IMG/VR virus record: IMGVR_UViG_3300027766_000002
Source of the DNA: a virus
Taxonomy: Duplodnaviria > Heunggongvirae > Uroviricota > Caudoviricetes
DNA length: 20,363 nt
Reading direction: 5' to 3' (one strand)
This document shows, one piece after another, positions 7,502 to 15,613 of this stretch (within the stretch, counting starts at the first letter, position 1; the number at the start of each line of letters is the position of its first letter). Made by a program: the position numbers and the translations under genes. The notes under the pieces are model-generated. The model had not been told where the DNA came from. It searched no databases and saw nothing but the letters and a program-made list of their open reading frames with translations.

Positions 7502-7629
7502 ACTCAACAATTAACCACTTAACCGCTGCCGCATGGATAACCTTATAGCTTGCTGATATGATGCAACGGTGAATAACACGCCTGCACTACATAACTTAAC
7601 TTAAATTAGATTGCCCTTATAGATTCGGG

Positions 7630-8058
7630 ATGAATATGAAAATTGCCTATTTCGCTGCAACAGCTGCTGCACTCCTTCTCTCCGCTTGCTCCAACCAACC
7701 AGTAGCGACCAGTGAAGCAAAAGAAGTGTCACCGAAGCAGATCATCGATCGCGCCCTTACACAATCCGCCGCCGGTACGGTGCTGACGGTCGTTAAACGC
7801 GATTCTGGGACCAAGGGAGCATTCTGTACCGCGACGGTTGCAGTTGATGGGAAAGATGTGGCCGAAGTGGGGATGTCTGAGAAAGTGAGCCTTTACCTTG
7901 CGCCCGGGGAACACATTATCGGTGCTCGACTTTCGAACGCATTCCCCTTCTGTGCCGGCGAGACAGCTGAGGTTACAGCAAACGTTAGCAAAGAGGCTGT
8001 ATACCGATTCGGTGTGAATGCCGGGGCAAACTTCTATATCAACAAAACAGCTTGGTGA
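7630..8058 (+). CDS. Lipoprotein (DUF2846-like beta-sandwich)
   Basis: Signal peptide with lipobox LSA-C, RDSG...V.VDG...L.PGEH.IG pattern and two further cysteines. Extended -10 TGaTATGAT at 7554-7562. Confidence 0.8.
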   Translation: MNMKIAYFAATAAALLLSACSNQPVATSEAKEVSPKQIIDRALTQSAAGTVLTVVKRDSGTKGAFCTATVAVDGKDVAEVGMSEKVSLYLAPGEHIIGARLSNAFPFCAGETAEVTANVSKEAVYRFGVNAGANFYINKTAW

Positions 8059-8073
8059 TGAAATAATGTTAGC

Positions 8074-8103
8074 TTTGCGCGAAAGCAATCTCGTTCGCGC
8101 AAA
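8074..8103. terminator. Hairpin between convergent genes
   Basis: TTTGCGCGAA-N10-TTCGCGCAAA. Confidence 0.55.
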
Positions 8104-8119
8104 TACACTTAAATGCATT

Positions 8120-9136
8120 TTAATTGATTAATGAAAAGTCGCAATCATAAATTATTTTTTTTAGGTTGTCTTCTGTACCTGTAAATCTGAGATATTCTAA
8201 GATTGCTGCCATATAGTCGAAATCATAGTAAATTCCTTTTGTAAATGAAACCATATATGTTGCACAGTTAAGTCTGTAATTATCTTCGTCATAATAAGCA
8301 AGCCTGATTTGCTCAAGGTAATTTGCAACCTCTCTTATTTCATTCTTTTCATAGAATTGTCGGCCGCTCATGACTGCACTGGCAGGCATAATGCAAGATT
8401 CAATAAAATTATCCCCATTATTAACCAAAGTAAACTCCATTACACGGAAAATGAACGTTCTTTGCATTTCATTGAGTTTTGACAGTTTAGACTTTAAAGT
8501 TATTAAGTCTTTCCTAATATCATCTTCAGTGAAATTTGTGTCATCATAGATAAAATCAATTTTGTTAGCTTCAATAAATTTATTAATGGTTAAACTAAGG
8601 TCTCTACCAGCTACTTGGGTTAGCTCTAAGATGTTAGCGTTTTTCCCAGGGAAATAGGCGCTGAAGTTTTTTTCGCAAAATGAGTAGATAGAATCAAATT
8701 CATATTCAGGTTTTTCGCATATTGCATTTGCCACATCTGAAAGATTTCTGACATGTGTCGAGAAGCCCTTTCGAGTATAACTTTCACATCTGTCATTGGA
8801 AATTATAATAATCCAAATGTTGTTATAGATTACATCTAAGCCATGCTTAACTAGCATATCCATTGTTTTCTCAAACTTAGACTTAGAGCCGTCAGATGTA
8901 ACTTGTACAGCGATACCATTCAAGGTATCACCGAGATCGATTGCTGGGTGGTTGTGTTTTATTAAATTTAAGTTTTTCAAAGAAAGATCGTAAACCTTAT
9001 TTAAAAGGTCAGTAAGAACAATCTCCATTGTTTTGTTTATGTCAAACATCCCTTGCTTACTGTTGAATGTAATTACTGTGCTAAGTAATGAAAAGATGAA
9101 TGTAATATCGTTGTTCTTTCTCTGCCGGTCTAACAT
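8120..9136 (-). CDS. SMEK-domain protein (restriction-endonuclease-like N-terminus), candidate anti-phage gene (338 aa; start ATG 9136)
   Basis: G.FDINK.ME...LLN.VYD..L.NLN....N.PAIDLGD...IAVQVTS motif. Visibly AT-rich relative to its neighbours. GAGG RBS before ATG 9136. Confidence 0.7.
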   Translation of the reverse strand: MLDRQRKNNDITFIFSLLSTVITFNSKQGMFDINKTMEIVLTDLLNKVYDLSLKNLNLIKHNHPAIDLGDTLNGIAVQVTSDGSKSKFEKTMDMLVKHGLDVIYNNIWIIIISNDRCESYTRKGFSTHVRNLSDVANAICEKPEYEFDSIYSFCEKNFSAYFPGKNANILELTQVAGRDLSLTINKFIEANKIDFIYDDTNFTEDDIRKDLITLKSKLSKLNEMQRTFIFRVMEFTLVNNGDNFIESCIMPASAVMSGRQFYEKNEIREVANYLEQIRLAYYDEDNYRLNCATYMVSFTKGIYYDFDYMAAILEYLRFTGTEDNLKKIIYDCDFSLIN

Positions 9137-9256
9137 CAAATAACCTCTCATTCAGTCAAGTGCGTGTAGTGTAAGTTATTTCTTGATAAGTATGGCTGTG
9201 CGTTGCCAACTTTTGAATTTTATAAAAAATCATTTTATCGAGTTAGAGCTTATCAC

Positions 9257-9781
9257 TCAAAAGGGAATGATGCGATCAACCCAATCGAAAAGCACTATCA
9301 GCTGCTTGCCGCCATTTTGTTTGACATTCACTTGGCTGGCATTGACACCTACGGATTCACCTTCGATTTCTCTACCATCCGCCATGTACACGCGGATCAG
9401 CTTTTCGCTTTGATGCGCCTGGCGACAAATTTTAAAGAAGTCGCGCTTTGATGGTTGATTTTGGTAATCATCAGCATTGATCGTCATTCTGCCTTCAAAG
9501 TTCGTTTGCACCTCTTTTTGCTTAATTGTCTCAATCGTCGCCACACGCTCAAGCGGCACACGAACGCGGTGGTCATTGGCGTCGAATCTCGGTGTCAGGT
9601 CAAGTTTGTTGCGCGCTGACAGCAGCCCGTATACGAAAAGAGAGAATACCTGGCCATCCTCTAAAGACACTTTTACAGGAACACGCTTAGTGCGGTAATA
9701 CTGAAGCGAGCGCTCAACATCTTTGTAATCTCGCGGCCAGACTTCAGCAGGTATGCCATATGTAATGTCGGTGATAGTCAT
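9257..9781 (-). CDS. Tandem Sm-fold (Rof/Hfq-like) protein (174 aa; start ATG 9781)
   Basis: Two repeats of helix + V.V.(L/M).DG + beta strands ending in hydrophobic-x-x-V..I: KRVPVKVSLEDG...PLERVATI and EKLIRVYMADG...LFDWVDRII. Confidence 0.55.
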   Translation of the reverse strand: MTITDITYGIPAEVWPRDYKDVERSLQYYRTKRVPVKVSLEDGQVFSLFVYGLLSARNKLDLTPRFDANDHRVRVPLERVATIETIKQKEVQTNFEGRMTINADDYQNQPSKRDFFKICRQAHQSEKLIRVYMADGREIEGESVGVNASQVNVKQNGGKQLIVLFDWVDRIIPF

Positions 9782-9883
9782 CTGGTGTCCGAATAAGTGT
9801 TTTGAGTAGGGTAACACGCAATCTAATTGAGGTGGGAGAAGGTGCCGAGGTAGCGGGCTGGTCGAGACCAGCCCATTGTGAAG

Positions 9884-10189
9884 TTAAGGCTTCGGTTCTG
9901 GGGTGTTTGAGTGTTCCAAACCAGCGAGCAGAATATCCCGATCTTCTTCGGTCATGTCGGTGGTGTTGTACAGTTCAATAATCCTTTGTGCGGCTTTACT
10001 GGTGGCCATTGCCCTTTTCGAGTACCGCGCGAAGTCGGCCATATTTACTTCTGCGATGATCATGTCGATTACCTCAGACTTGGTCATCTTGACGCCAGAT
10101 TCTTTGAGTTTGTCTTTAAACGCTTCGACTTTGTCGTTAGCGCGAGGACTCAAAGCAACCTGGCAAAAAACGGGTTTTGGTTTTTCCAT
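9884..10189 (-). CDS. Putative ribbon-helix-helix DNA-binding protein (101 aa)
   Basis: Beta strand VFCQVALS, helix A PRANDKVEAFKDKL, helix B TKSEVIDMII. Lies 3 nt downstream of the helicase stop. Confidence 0.55.
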   Translation of the reverse strand: MEKPKPVFCQVALSPRANDKVEAFKDKLKESGVKMTKSEVIDMIIAEVNMADFARYSKRAMATSKAAQRIIELYNTTDMTEEDRDILLAGLEHSNTPEPKP

Positions 10190-10192
10190 GTA

Positions 10193-11767
10193 TCAGTTGC
10201 CCAGAACATTAAAATCAAACTTTCCATCGACTGGTAACACGCCTTCAGCAAATCCGGGTGTCGTATCGATGATGTTTTTGCGCTCGTAGGAATGAGACAT
10301 CAGGTACTTATTGGAACAATCAATAAAGTCAGAGATAAAACAAACATTTGCCTGATTCTTTTTGGCTCGTAGACCACGTCCGACTCGCTGACGCATCTCG
10401 ACTTCTGCCTTCCCACCACCAGCGAGGATCACCGCGCCCACACTTGGGACATCAACGCCTACATCGAGTATGGTGGAGCCAATGAGAATGTCTATTTTGC
10501 CTGCAGCCAGGCTCTGCAATTTTGCTTGTCGTACTTTCTGGGATGATTCACCGTAAATGAAGTCAACCCGCAATCCCTCTGCCTGCATCATCTCCATTAA
10601 GATCTGACCATGCCTTTTGTGCTTTACCAACGTCATACAGTTTAACTTGTGTGACCTATACATAACAGCGGCACGAACAATTGCGGCATTTCGGTTTAGA
10701 TTGTAAACGATGCCTAACTGGTAAGCCTTTTGGTATGGCGTGCTCATAACAACCCGGAAGTTCAGGTGCTTTGATGCAAGTTCAGCCTTAATCCTAGCCT
10801 CATCAGGAGTGTACGCGATTTTATGATATAAGAAGTAGGGTTTTGCCAAAATACCTTTATCAATCAGATATTTTTCCGTCACCTTTATCTCAATACGACC
10901 GGCTACAGCCATCAGTCGCATATTTGCTTCAGTTGAATCTTTCATGAACGGGGTGGCTGTCAAAGCCAAACGGTAATCAGCGTTATGACAGAGCCGAGCG
11001 ATGTCGAAGAAGCTGGAGCCGGATGATTCGTGTGCCTCTTCCAGAATTAGCAGAGAAACGCTGGCGAGCAGCTGCTTGATAAGTTCTCTTCGCTTAAGGT
11101 GCTGAGCACGTTTCTCAGGTGAAAGATCAGACCCAGGCTCATTCAGAAAACTGGAGAGAGTTTGCACTGTCGCAACGTTGATATGTCGTGACACCTTCAA
11201 TTCGCCCGAGCCAATCACACCAACCTTTTGCCCCTTGAGCCACGGCTCGCCATTTTCAGCGCGGTAATCGATGGATTTTTGAAAGTTTTCCGCCATTTGG
11301 AACATAAGAACTGATCGAGTCGTGATGAACAGCGTCATACGACCAATACGAGCAGCTGCCTTGCAGGCTATATTTGATTTTCCGCCACCGGTTGCGACCT
11401 GGGCAATCATACCGCCCACTTTCACCATGGCTTCCACTGTCTGATCTTGATAAGCGTAATCGGGATTGTAAGGGAATGGGTTAACCGCGGGATTTGGCTT
11501 GCCAAGAGCAGAAACCATCGGTTTCCGAATGTGAGTTGCAGGAATACCAGACCGGTTTAGCTTTGCTGCGATAGATCGAGCAAATCCAGCCGGAAACGAG
11601 CATTTTGACCAGTTGAACATGGTGCTGCGACCATCCCATCCACCACTACATGAAAATGAGGCGCCATCTACATCGTAGCTCAACATGTCCTGAACTATCT
11701 TTTTTACGTTGTCATCCGCCCCTGAAATTAACGCGTTCACTGAGTTTGATACAATTCTAACGCTCAT
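10193..11767 (-). CDS. Superfamily 2 helicase (524 aa)
   Basis: Walker A ATGGGKS, motif II LILEEAH, motif III LTATP, motif V DVGVDVP, motif VI QRVGRGLR. Confidence 0.92.
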   Translation of the reverse strand: MSVRIVSNSVNALISGADDNVKKIVQDMLSYDVDGASFSCSGGWDGRSTMFNWSKCSFPAGFARSIAAKLNRSGIPATHIRKPMVSALGKPNPAVNPFPYNPDYAYQDQTVEAMVKVGGMIAQVATGGGKSNIACKAAARIGRMTLFITTRSVLMFQMAENFQKSIDYRAENGEPWLKGQKVGVIGSGELKVSRHINVATVQTLSSFLNEPGSDLSPEKRAQHLKRRELIKQLLASVSLLILEEAHESSGSSFFDIARLCHNADYRLALTATPFMKDSTEANMRLMAVAGRIEIKVTEKYLIDKGILAKPYFLYHKIAYTPDEARIKAELASKHLNFRVVMSTPYQKAYQLGIVYNLNRNAAIVRAAVMYRSHKLNCMTLVKHKRHGQILMEMMQAEGLRVDFIYGESSQKVRQAKLQSLAAGKIDILIGSTILDVGVDVPSVGAVILAGGGKAEVEMRQRVGRGLRAKKNQANVCFISDFIDCSNKYLMSHSYERKNIIDTTPGFAEGVLPVDGKFDFNVLGN

Positions 11768-11803
11768 GTGTCTATCCTTAGTGCCTTTATTGTGTTAACA
11801 GGC

Positions 11804-11833
11804 TATGATTTAATAAGTAGTTGGTTACTTAAA
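11804..11833 (+). promoter_or_regulatory. -10 TATGAT (11804-11809) followed by palindromic operator-like AATAAGTAG-TTGG-TTACTTAAA (11812-11833)
   Basis: Lies in the 82-bp divergent gap between the helicase and the ParB operon. The reverse complement matches 3575-3596 at 18/22. Confidence 0.65.
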
Positions 11834-11849
11834 GGATTATATCAAAAAC

Positions 11850-12530
11850 ATGGACGTAAAAATTAACATCTTGCAGGTGGAAGTAGTGCGACTGCAGCCA
11901 AACCCGTGGAATACAAACTCCGTGGGTCTCCAGAACTTCGAAAAGCTGAAAGGCTCTATCGACCGCCTGGGCTTCTTCAAGCCGATCCTGGCTCGCGAGC
12001 TGTCAGATGGCTCATTCCAGATCCTCGGTGGTGAACACCGCTGGCGCGCCGCCATTGAGCAGGGCATTGCCACTGTGCCAGTTATCACCGTTGGTCAGAT
12101 CAGCGACGTGGTGGCTAAGCAAATGTCTTTGGTAGATAACGAGCGCTACGGTGAAGACGATCAACTCGCTTTGCAGCGTCTGATTGAAGAAATCCAGTTA
12201 GAAACTGGCTTCAGCCTTTCAGAAATCGCCCCATTTGATGACGAAATGGCAGCGACACTGGCCCGAACTGCGGCTTTCGATATGGCGGAACTGGAGCGAC
12301 TGACTGATGGCGACGAGAAAGCGGCAGAAGAGGATAAACGCGAGAAGGTTGAGCGTTTGGGTGTGGAGCACCAGACGATGCGCTTCAAAGTCACCTTCGA
12401 TTCTGCTGATTCAGTCACTACAGCCATTAAATCGATCATTGCCGAGCAGGGCATTAATACTGGCAGCGACATGGAAGACGCTGGAGAAGCCCTGGTGTGG
12501 CTCGCAGACTTTTACAAGGAACGTAATTGA
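11850..12530 (+). CDS. ParB/Srx N-terminal domain protein 1 (226 aa)
   Basis: L.PNPWN.N...LK.SI..LGF..PI...ILGGEHRWRAA (GxxR motif). No recognisable parS-binding HTH. Confidence 0.88.
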   Translation: MDVKINILQVEVVRLQPNPWNTNSVGLQNFEKLKGSIDRLGFFKPILARELSDGSFQILGGEHRWRAAIEQGIATVPVITVGQISDVVAKQMSLVDNERYGEDDQLALQRLIEEIQLETGFSLSEIAPFDDEMAATLARTAAFDMAELERLTDGDEKAAEEDKREKVERLGVEHQTMRFKVTFDSADSVTTAIKSIIAEQGINTGSDMEDAGEALVWLADFYKERN

Positions 12531-13207
12531 TGAGCACCCCATTTGAGATCGTGTATCTCGACCCTAAAACCCTGGTTCCATATGAAGCCAATGCTAAAAA
12601 GCACGACGAAACCCAGATTCGTGATTTAGCTGCGGCGATTGCTAAGCGCGGTTTTGACCAGCCAATTACCGTTGATAAAGACATGGTGATCATTACCGGT
12701 CACGGTCGTCGAGAGGCTGCAATTTATGCAGGGCTTGACCTGGTGCCAGTAATTATCCGAGCCGATCTCGACGAGGTCTCTGTTCGTGCGAAGCGTCTGG
12801 AAGACAACCGTCTGGCCAGTACCGATTACGATGCTATCAAGCTGCAAAAAGAGCTTGAAGAGCTGGTGCTGGGCGACGAGGTGGTGATTGGCTTCGACGA
12901 GCGCGAGCTGAGCGTTTTGGTTGGTAGCATGACGGAAGACATGGCCACCGACTCTCTGGTGATGGACTTGGGTCATGAATCCGTGCGCCAGCATGAAGAG
13001 CATGAAGAGATCTCCCGGGAAGTGGCGGAGTCAGAATTGCGAGTGATCGACGTGTTGGGCTTTAAAACGCTTCCCGCTGGCTCTGCGCTGGTTGTTGGAG
13101 ATTTACTTGCGCACATGGAAGAAGTGACGGGAGAGAGCGGGGCAGAAGCATTTGTGGCTTATGCGAAGCGTGTTTCTGAAGAAGCTGTCGATGAGGAAGG
13201 GGCATGA
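12530..13207 (+). CDS. ParB/Srx N-terminal domain protein 2 (225 aa; ATG 12530 overlaps the upstream TGA)
   Basis: L.PYE.NAKKH...QI..LA..I...GF.QPI.VD....II.GHGR.EAA...DNRL. This is the ParB type commonly fused or adjacent to phage DNA methylases. Confidence 0.88.
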   Translation: MSTPFEIVYLDPKTLVPYEANAKKHDETQIRDLAAAIAKRGFDQPITVDKDMVIITGHGRREAAIYAGLDLVPVIIRADLDEVSVRAKRLEDNRLASTDYDAIKLQKELEELVLGDEVVIGFDERELSVLVGSMTEDMATDSLVMDLGHESVRQHEEHEEISREVAESELRVIDVLGFKTLPAGSALVVGDLLAHMEEVTGESGAEAFVAYAKRVSEEAVDEEGA

Positions 13208-13845
13208 GCAACTACCTCATCAATGTAGCTTTTCAAACGCGTGTCACAAAGACCACCCGAACGCTGGAGATCGCTGAATCGTTTGGCCTGGGTCTGGATG
13301 AAAAAGAATGGTCTCTTTACGACAATCTGGAGCTGGAAATCCGCTCGGGTGAGGTCGTGTATATCACCGGTCAATCAGGATCTGGTAAATCGGTTGTGTT
13401 GCGCGAGCTTCAGCGTTTGATGAAAGAAGAAGGTCAGGATGTGGCGTCAATCGAAGACTTTGCGTTTGACGACAGCAAGAACGTCATTGACCAGCTGGGT
13501 AAAACCACCAGCGAGGCATTGGGGCTGTTATCTATGGCTGGGCTTAACGATGCCTATTTGTTTGTTCGCAAACCTTCTGAGATGTCAGACGGCCAGCGTT
13601 ACCGCCTGAAAATCGCAAAGCTAATCGAAACCGGCGCAAAGGTATGGGTTGCTGATGAGTTTGGGGCTGTTCTGGATCGAGTAACTGCCCAGGTCGTTGC
13701 TTCCAATCTCCAGCGCGCTGCGCGCAAAGCCGGGGCAACTGTCATGGTGGCAACCACGCATGAAGACCTCAAAAATGCGCTGCGCCCGGATGTGCAGATC
13801 ACCAAGCACTACAAAGAACGAGTGAAGGTGGACTATGCAGCTTAA
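13204..13845 (+). CDS. Soluble ABC-family ATPase (213 aa)
   Basis: Walker A GQSGSGKS, signature MSDGQ, Walker B VWVADEF, H-loop TTHED. No permease gene nearby. Confidence 0.9.
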   Translation: MSNYLINVAFQTRVTKTTRTLEIAESFGLGLDEKEWSLYDNLELEIRSGEVVYITGQSGSGKSVVLRELQRLMKEEGQDVASIEDFAFDDSKNVIDQLGKTTSEALGLLSMAGLNDAYLFVRKPSEMSDGQRYRLKIAKLIETGAKVWVADEFGAVLDRVTAQVVASNLQRAARKAGATVMVATTHEDLKNALRPDVQITKHYKERVKVDYAA

Positions 13846-14383
13846 AAAAGTTTTCCCAATTTACGAGGGGGCTGAGCTGCGCCGCCGCTGGACGCATGAA
13901 GCTGAATGGCAAGATTGGCTTCGCGCTCATGGCGCCTATGGCTTCCGTGTCGCTCCATATTACAACCGCTGCGTCGTTGTTTTTGGTGAGAAACGCTATG
14001 TAGAGGTGATCAAACAGCTCTATGGGCTGGATGAGAGTGAATATGTGGCAGGGGTTGGTGGCATGGTCACTGACCTGGGCTACATCCAGTACGACACCAA
14101 TGTTCACTGCGTCTATCTGCCTGAAAACTACAACGAGACGGTTTACTGGCATGAAGCCTTGCATATCGCGCTTATCACCGGCCAACACCATGATTTGATG
14201 CCTTCGGATCAGGAGGCTTTCACTTATCTTCAGGGTTACATCGTTGAAGAGTTTGTGAAAGCTCGCGTCAAGTTCCTTGCCGACAAGAAGGCGGGTGGTT
14301 TGCCGGCGATCCAGGATATTGTGACGCGTCACCCCTCAACCATTCGACGTGGTGGTTATGGCAGTCGGAAGGTGGTGCGATGA
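13835..14383 (+). CDS. HEXXH-motif (gluzincin-like) protein (182 aa)
   Basis: WHEALH followed by DQEAFTYLQGYI, which supplies the third-ligand Glu. Overlaps both neighbours. Confidence 0.7.
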   Translation: MQLKKVFPIYEGAELRRRWTHEAEWQDWLRAHGAYGFRVAPYYNRCVVVFGEKRYVEVIKQLYGLDESEYVAGVGGMVTDLGYIQYDTNVHCVYLPENYNETVYWHEALHIALITGQHHDLMPSDQEAFTYLQGYIVEEFVKARVKFLADKKAGGLPAIQDIVTRHPSTIRRGGYGSRKVVR

Positions 14384-15270
14384 ACGACGTAACCATCAAA
14401 CGCTACAAGCCTGAAGAGTTTCCGAAGCATTTGGATTTTCTGGAGCGTATGACTGTGACGCGCGGCACTGTGGATGATTGGAATGCTTTAAAGTCGCTGC
14501 ACTACAAAACTGACGGCAAACCATTCGCACCAACCTATTACCGCTGCGAGCTTGATGGTCGGCTGGTGGGTGTTGTTGTTGTGGCTTTTCCAAAATTGCT
14601 TCTGGCGCCGCGTCACCGCATGTTCCCCAAACTGAAGCCCACCACTAACACGACGGTGGCCAATCAGTTCTGGGGGCGTTACGTGAATAACAATTTCGCT
14701 GTGATCAGCCGTTCAGTGGTGGACACCCAATACCGTGGCGTGGGTGTTTCATATCGCATGATTAACCTGGTGAGCCGAATGCACAACAGGCCGATCATCG
14801 AAATCCAGTCCTCGATGAGCAAATACAACCCGTTTGCGATGAAGGCAGGCTATCAGTTTATTCGACCAGAGCGTCCGAAGAGTTACGAAAGTGCGCTGCG
14901 CGTATTCCAGCGGCATTTCCGTGCCGACCCGGGCGACAATGAGAGCATTGTGAAAGAGCTGTTCTCGATGAGCGAGAATCGCCGCCGCCGCGCGCTGGTG
15001 GATCTCGTTGCCGACTACCACAAGAACTCATCGTTGGCGAAAGCTGGGCGTAACCGCGGCACAACCGTGCAGGACATCGCTGATTCGCTGGTGGATGAAG
15101 CCAGTATCGTGAAATTGCTGAAGGACATTCACAACCTTAGCTTTACATCGCCGCTCTATGGTGTTTACCGCAACCCGGACTTTGGCAGGGAATTGCCTGA
15201 CATGTTGCCACTATTGGCATTCGACAACCAACCATTAAATACGCCGCTGGATCTGGCGCGTATCTCGTAA
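14380..15270 (+). CDS. GNAT-fold acyltransferase of the ABC-ATPase-associated type (296 aa)
   Basis: W..LKSLHY near the N-terminus and ISRSVVDTQYRGVGVS containing the acyl-CoA binding motif QxxGxG. ATGA coupling. Confidence 0.8.
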   Translation: MNDVTIKRYKPEEFPKHLDFLERMTVTRGTVDDWNALKSLHYKTDGKPFAPTYYRCELDGRLVGVVVVAFPKLLLAPRHRMFPKLKPTTNTTVANQFWGRYVNNNFAVISRSVVDTQYRGVGVSYRMINLVSRMHNRPIIEIQSSMSKYNPFAMKAGYQFIRPERPKSYESALRVFQRHFRADPGDNESIVKELFSMSENRRRRALVDLVADYHKNSSLAKAGRNRGTTVQDIADSLVDEASIVKLLKDIHNLSFTSPLYGVYRNPDFGRELPDMLPLLAFDNQPLNTPLDLARIS

Positions 15271-15282
15271 GGAAGCGAGCAA

Positions 15283-15549
15283 ATGATTTTGACAGATAAG
15301 CAGAAAGATATTCTGCGCACTATTTACCTTGGCCACGATCGCGGCCATTTACTTGACCTCGATGAGTTGCTGGAGGTTCTGCCATACAAAACCACAAAGC
15401 AGAGTATGCAGTTCTCTCTTCGAGCGTTGATTAAAAAGGGACTTGTCGAGAAAGGTGAGTTTCGGGCGCGCGGAGATGATGGCTACCAGCGCCGTACACT
15501 CGGTCTGACCGTTATGGGTAGAGCAAGCGTAAAGCTGATGGTGGCATGA
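15283..15549 (+). CDS. Winged helix-turn-helix protein (88 aa)
   Basis: LTDKQKDIL..I...L.LDELL...T.QS.QFSLRALIKKGLVEK...wing...LTVMG, a LexA-N/MarR-like pattern. Confidence 0.8.
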   Translation: MILTDKQKDILRTIYLGHDRGHLLDLDELLEVLPYKTTKQSMQFSLRALIKKGLVEKGEFRARGDDGYQRRTLGLTVMGRASVKLMVA

Positions 15550-15555
15550 GAAAGA

Positions 15556-15613
15556 CCTGCTTCCCATAAATAATTAATAGCTGGTTATTAAAATATACGG
15601 AAGCAGGCTTTTT
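15556..15613. terminator. Inverted repeat with a 34-nt AT-rich loop between convergent genes
   Basis: CCTGCTTCC 15556-15564 and GGAAGCAGG 15599-15607, followed by CTTTTT. Confidence 0.5.

Noticed and set aside
11850-13207. ParABS partition system
   Set aside because: No ParA, no HTH for parS binding, and the operon context points elsewhere.
13204-13845. ABC transporter or antibiotic-resistance ATPase
   Set aside because: No transmembrane partner, a single ATPase domain, and coupling to a GNAT in a phage operon.
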